The position numbers and the translations under genes were made by a program. From Hydrolagus affinis (lineage: Eukaryota): a stretch of DNA of 62,460 nt. Positions 58,801-62,460 of the stretch are shown here, piece after piece (positions within the stretch are counted from its first letter, which is position 1; the number at the start of each line of letters is the position of its first letter). The stretch is taken from NCBI GenBank assembly GCA_012026655.1, contig JAAILG010001723.1:1-62460 (forward strand), in the 5' to 3' direction. The notes below the pieces were generated by a model. The model ran no database searches. It was not told the DNA's origin and was given only the letters and a program-made list of their open reading frames with translations.

Positions 58801-59817
58801 GAGAACATTAAGATGAGACTTAATAGAAGTTTTGTAAATTATGACTGGATTTGATAGGGTGAACAAGGAGAAACTATTTCTACTGATGGGTGGGTCAGTA
58901 ACTCAAGGACACTGATTTTAAATAGTTGTTGAAAAAAACACAGGAATTTTTTTTTCACACAGTGAGTTGCTCGAATCTGGAATGTATTGCCTGAAAGGGT
59001 GGTGGAAGCCAATTTGATAACAACTTTTAAGAGAGAAGTAGATAGTCATTTGGGGAGGACGGGTTTGCAGGACTATGGGAAGAGAGTGGGGGAGTGGGAG
59101 TGATTTGGACAGCTCTTTTCAAAGACACATACACTATGGGCTGAATGGCCTCCTTCTTTGCTGTATAATTCTATGATTGCCTGTTATCCTATGTCAATCT
59201 GGAGTTCATTAATTGTTACAGTCAATCAAGATTTTGCTGATTTTTAAAATTCAAAATCTTCCTTTATTTCAACTGTATAATTTTTGGATATTTTTCAATG
59301 TTTCATATATTGTAACATTAATTTACTGTATATTTTATGGGTGAAACTGTATATTTTGGGGGCCAATTATGCACAACATCGTGGATTGAGTGACCAAATT
59401 TTTTTTTGAGGGAGTAATATCCCTGGAATGCGATCCGCCAATTGACTAAAAATGGGTTCCTACTTACTGTTAGGTGAACAGAGATGTGTGAGTTCAGTAA
59501 GGAAACTTGCCTAAAGTTTTGCCCTATCTGGGAATCGCGCCCGGTTCCTCTTGCTTGCCAAGGCAAGTGCTCTAACCACTGTACTACAGGAATCCACATG
59601 TAGCTTTGACATATTCGCCCAACTTGACTGGCACTAAATGTAAACTTGTATTGTGTTCTGGAGGAGGAATAATAAAGTGATCACTGAGTTCACTGTGAGG
59701 CTGGCATTGACTTACCATTATTTGGGACATAGAGAAATGTTATTTGAAATCCCAGCTGCACCAATAAGAAGACGAAGCTGATCAGACAGAGAGCGTTGAG
59801 TAACCGTCCAGTGTGCC
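22852..59817 (-). CDS. PIEZO3: Piezo-type mechanosensitive cation channel, PIEZO2-like paralogue (piezo3); 5'-partial, 52 coding exons, about 2,655 aa in window
   Basis: Exons in transcript order: 59817-59716, 58436-58394, 57962-57812, 57291-57054, 56799-56586, 56360-56192, 55840-55739, 54942-54843, 54393-54275, 54041-53778, 53407-53296, 52718-52537, 51982-51834, 51206-51033, 50723-50682, 49808-49776, 49026-48911, 47847-47678, 47112-46936, 46477-46364, 45729-45529, 44782-44578, 43753-43655, 43327-43162, 42604-42361, 42199-42103, 41276-41108, 40978-40889, 40669-40524, 39771-39718, 39052-38943, 38721-38601, 38128-38054, 37389-37223, 36659-36472, 35732-35562, 35286-35023, 34635-34377, 33900-33712, 33250-33052, 32577-32373, 31606-31459, 30994-30780, 30066-29908, 29542-29395, 28887-28699, 28170-28078, 27607-27438, 25622-25506, 24827-24748, 23695-23488, 23104-22852 (7970 nt, phases consistent, no stop). 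Piezo hallmarks: [21 protein letters not shown] (latch), [19 protein letters not shown] (anchor), [10 protein letters not shown]...[11 protein letters not shown] (outer helix), SIMFEELP...[19 protein letters not shown]. The family call is secure. The paralogue name rests on recalled synteny, and a few boundaries in low-complexity loops are best guesses. Confidence 0.9.
23150..23385 (+). mobile_element. tRNA-derived SINE
   Basis: Head GTGGAGTCGTGTAACTCAGTGGTTACAGCG..., B-box-like GATTGATTCCC, shared 3' body TGTGCGCAATTGACTGCC...GTGAAGCGCTT. Confidence 0.75.
26665..26990 (-). mobile_element. CR1 LINE 3' end fragment
   Basis: Begins with AGAATCATAGAAT (reverse complement of the CR1 ATTCTATG tail) and matches the CR1 3' end at 58495-59180. 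Confidence 0.7.
27679..28040 (+). mobile_element. tRNA-derived SINE, near full length
   Basis: TAGCTTATTGGTTAGAGCGCTCGCC head, GGTTCAATT B-box, shared tail ending AAGGATTATTA. Confidence 0.75.
31088..31140. repeat. (TA)n/(TG)n microsatellite
   Basis: Direct reading. Other (GT)n tracts at about 4855, 10815, 11106 and 18890. Confidence 0.85.
39205..39592 (+). mobile_element. Deu-domain SINE (SacSINE1/AmnSINE-related) with tRNA-like head
   Basis: Head AGTTCAGTTGGTAGCAC...GGGTTCAAGCCCC; central GGAGGTGCTGTCCATTGGATGAGACATTAAAC...CAGGTGGACGTTAAAGATTCCATGGCACTATT resembles the Deu consensus as recalled. Related pieces near 19495, 25000, 29080, 31620, 36735, 51300-51600, 57510-57760 and 61680-61940. 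Confidence 0.75.
42664..42995 (-). mobile_element. tRNA-derived SINE, near full length
   Basis: (TAA)n-CCTTGCATTTGATATAGC tail at left, tRNA-like head (reverse complement) at right. Confidence 0.75.
48440..48742 (+). mobile_element. tRNA-derived SINE, full-length representative of the commonest repeat in the window
   Basis: A-box TAGCTCAGTGG, B-box-like GTTTTGATTCT, body GTGGGACACTGCTGTGCGCAGTTGGCTGCC, tail AAGCGCTTTGAGATGTCT...AAGGATTATTATT. Many tail-only fragments occur throughout (e.g. near 1580, 7085, 9980, 21880, 45770, 55140). Confidence 0.8.
53459..53530. repeat. (CCTT/CCCT)n microsatellite
   Basis: Direct reading; a (TAA)n run follows at about 53633-53655. Confidence 0.9.
54480..54740 (+). 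mobile_element. L2-clade LINE reverse-transcriptase remnant
   Basis: Translates to TEVLLIGP...[14 protein letters not shown], matching the KTE..L..G / V.NLGV..D..LSF pattern of L2/CR1 RT. Similar remnants at about 47200-47520, 58020-58270 and 60495-60810. Confidence 0.65.
55422..55553. repeat. Near-perfect inverted repeat (hairpin) made of SINE tail sequence
   Basis: 55438-55482 is the exact reverse complement of 55490-55534 (45 bp) around a 7-nt loop; imperfect pairing extends about 16 bp further. Confidence 0.92.
58495..59180 (+). mobile_element. CR1 LINE 3' portion, decayed
   Basis: Degenerate ORF2 C-terminus ([36 protein letters not shown]) with indels, then a 3' end GGGCTGAATGGCCTCC...ATTCTATGATT. 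Confidence 0.85.
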
Positions 59818-61318
59818 CTGAAATACAGGAACCATCCATTAACACTCAGCGGGGTTTATGTTGTTGGTCTTGCTCAGCCCATTGAGCTCTTGCCTCTGAC
59901 TATGAGGAGTGCCTGGCTGAATAGCTCTTTCAAAGAAACGGCTCAGGTACGATGGGCTAAATGGCCTCGTTATGTACTGTATGATTCTATGAGTCTGCCT
60001 GATCTCTGCCAATGACTCTCTAAACAGCCTTGATCTCTGGACTTATTGAATGTTTCGCTTGTGTATTTAACATTGATTTTGTCTATGGTATTCATTTTGC
60101 AATAAAACCTTTAAAGTTTAGCATCTGTAAGTAAGCAATCTTTGAGGTCTGAATGAGATACTTAAGAGCACATTTCACATCCTCTTGAGCAAAAATACCT
60201 CAATATATTTTGGCTCAGTGAAACTCCAGAAGATCTTCTCTCCCAAAGGCTCAGAGTGGAAAAATATTTAATGAATGTTAAAATCCACCACTTTAACCAC
60301 AGAATATTCTCCAAATTTTACCCACAAAATACAGTCAATTCACTTTATAATATATTCTCTGCAGCACTTTGAGACGTCTTGAAGACTTGAAAGGGCACTC
60401 TATCAACTGCATGAATTATTATATTATTATTTAACATCCAAGCTTTGAGTTTTTTTTTTTTACAGACACCAATCCTTATCCTTTCTACCCCACATCTGTG
60501 CTGTCACTCGCTCTGCCTTCACCCCACCTCCGCAACATTGTTCGGCTCTGCCATGTCTCACATCGCCGGTTGCCGAAACCCACACACACAAATTCATAAC
60601 GTCCAGGCTTGACTATGCAAACTCCCTGCTTGTCTGCCTTCCCAATGCCTCCCTCCATAGATTGCAGATCATCCAGAACTCTGCAGCCCGTGTCCCCTCC
60701 TGCACCAGGCTCTGTGACCCTTCACAGAGAGGATACTGTTGAAGATCATGGTCCTCACCTTCAAAGCCCTCTATGGTCTTGCTCCCCCTTACATCTATGA
60801 CCTACTGTTAACCCTCAACAATAGCATTTAAAATTCTGCACAGATTCTCAGGTTTGTTGTTCAAGTGCTATAAAATATGAATTGCTAGATCAGGTGGCTG
60901 GGACCTTGCTTTAACCATAGGACAGCACCACTGGCAGCGCGCGCTCTCTCTTTCACAGCAGTGCGTGCCTGGGTTATAACCTTCGCTGGTGGTGTAATAC
61001 TTCCTAATGGACCTGATGTCTATCAGGCGAGGCTGCTGAACTAGACACTTTACATCTGTATTAATTGTAAAAGGATCGGCTAAGAGGTTTGTGTCACTTA
61101 GCACAGAGGGAGGACGGAAAAGGTCGATAGGGCACAGCATATTGACTGTCTTTGATGAAACAGCTCGACAACAGAATGGACAATTAAGGAAGATTTTAAT
61201 TGATAAATAGTTGAATGCGTTCCTTAACAGACTGCACTCTCTAACTCACTCAAAATCAACATGGTTCAACTGTATAATGTAACACCAAGACTGCTTCTCT
61301 CAGAGGAGTTATATATAT

Positions 61319-61638
61319 AATAATAATCCTTGCATTTGATATAGCGCTTTTCACATCTTATTGACATCCCAAAGCACTTCACAGAATATACTGTAAAGTA
61401 TTTGTGGGCAAATCATGGCAGCCAATTGCGCACAGCAGTGTCCCACTAACTGTCGTGGATTGAAATGACCAATTTTATTACTGTGGTTCTCTTTGGAGGG
61501 ATTATTATTAGGCGTGTGGAGTAAGGAAACTTGCCCAAGGTTTCGCCCTGACCTGCCTGAATTCGAACACAGGTCTCCCCATCTTGGTCTCCCCAGCTTG
61601 CAAGACAAGTGCTCTAACCACTGAGCCACAGGAGCTCT
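61319..61638 (-). mobile_element. tRNA-derived SINE, full length
   Basis: Tail (TAA)nTCCTTGCATTTGATATAGCGC at left; head CTCTAACCACTGAGCCACAGGAG (reverse complement) at right. Further copies at about 61945-62260 and 59320-59600. Confidence 0.8.
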
Positions 61639-62460
61639 TGAGTTAATAAGCCTTTTGCAAAATGAGACATAATAGTAATCCTTGTATTTGATACAGTGCC
61701 TTATCACACCTTTGAGACCTCTCAAAGCACTTTTGATTCAGAAGTCTTCAGATACAATCAGGACTCTTCTTGATTGTCAAGAGTAAGCACAGCAGCCAGT
61801 TAATGTCCCACAACAGTCACACAGTGAGTGACCAATTTTATCTGGATTTCTTTTTGAATACAGTAGTGCCAATCGATCTTTAACAGCCACTTGAACAAGC
61901 AGGCTGGTCCTCAGTTTAACATCTCATCTGAAGGACAGGTCTTATAATAATAATAATAATAATCCTTGTGTTTGATATGGTGCTTTTCATGTCTTCTAAA
62001 CGTGTCAAAACGCTTTGCAGAATATACTGTATAACGAATTGACTGTATATTTTGTGGGCGAAACACAACAATCAATTGCGTACAAACAGAACTAGATTGA
62101 AATTACCAATTTAAAAAATTCTCCTTTAATAATAATTTAGTATTATTTTTTGAGGGACTATTATCAGGTGTGTGGAGTAAGGAAACTTGCCCAAGGTTTC
62201 GTCCTGCCTGCAATCGAACTGCTTGCAAGTGCTCTAACCACTGAGCTAAATGACTCCACTGAGCTACAGGGGTCTTATAAAGATAATACTTATGTGGATT
62301 TTACTATAGTTTTGACAATACTTTGCATAGATAGGATTACTCTTCTCTCTCTCTTTCCTTCTCATTTAAATTGAACATTAGGAACTACGACAAGCATGCC
62401 AGAACACATACTGTATGGGCGCAAAAATCGCAAGAGCTTTTGCATCATATGTGCTACATA

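Noticed and set aside
22852-59817. Calling the gene PIEZO1, PIEZO2 or a pseudogene
   Set aside because: No stop or frameshift across 52 exons, and the neighbours do not match the recalled PIEZO1 or PIEZO2 loci; a phylogeny is still needed.
60915-60950. CTCF-like / CpG motif (GCACCACTGGCAGCGCGCGC)
   Set aside because: Only a partial match to the consensus; not supportable without chromatin data.
59818-62460. Piezo exons 1-2
   Set aside because: No segment with the expected hydrophobic FR(Y/F)N..S..YL pattern and splice sites was found; the region is mostly repeats, so these exons probably lie outside the window.

Overview
Vertebrate genomic DNA. The repeat families (Deu-domain SINEs, a tRNA-headed SINE with an L2-type tail, CR1/L2 remnants) and compact introns suggest a cartilaginous fish, possibly a chimaera; this is inference. 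Three spliced genes were reconstructed by hand from splice sites and reading phase. (1) The last six coding exons of STX16 (+, stop 5317-5319). (2) A complete 12-exon NPEPL1 (+, 11684-20075, 524 aa, one GC-AG intron). (3) A convergent PIEZO-family mechanosensitive channel gene (-, 22852-59817): 52 phase-compatible exons with no internal stop, about 2,655 aa in the window, with exons 1-2 apparently beyond the right edge. The channel is PIEZO2-like in sequence but sits next to STX16-NPEPL1. From memory, that is the paralogous position where humans keep only a pseudogene, so it is best read as an intact third vertebrate Piezo (piezo3). It retains PIEZO2-type micro-exons and a skippable lateral-plug exon, has divergent gating residues, and carries a candidate new mini-exon built from a duplicated splice acceptor. 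Most supplied ORFs are single exons or noise. No CRISPR, rRNA or genuine tRNA genes were seen.
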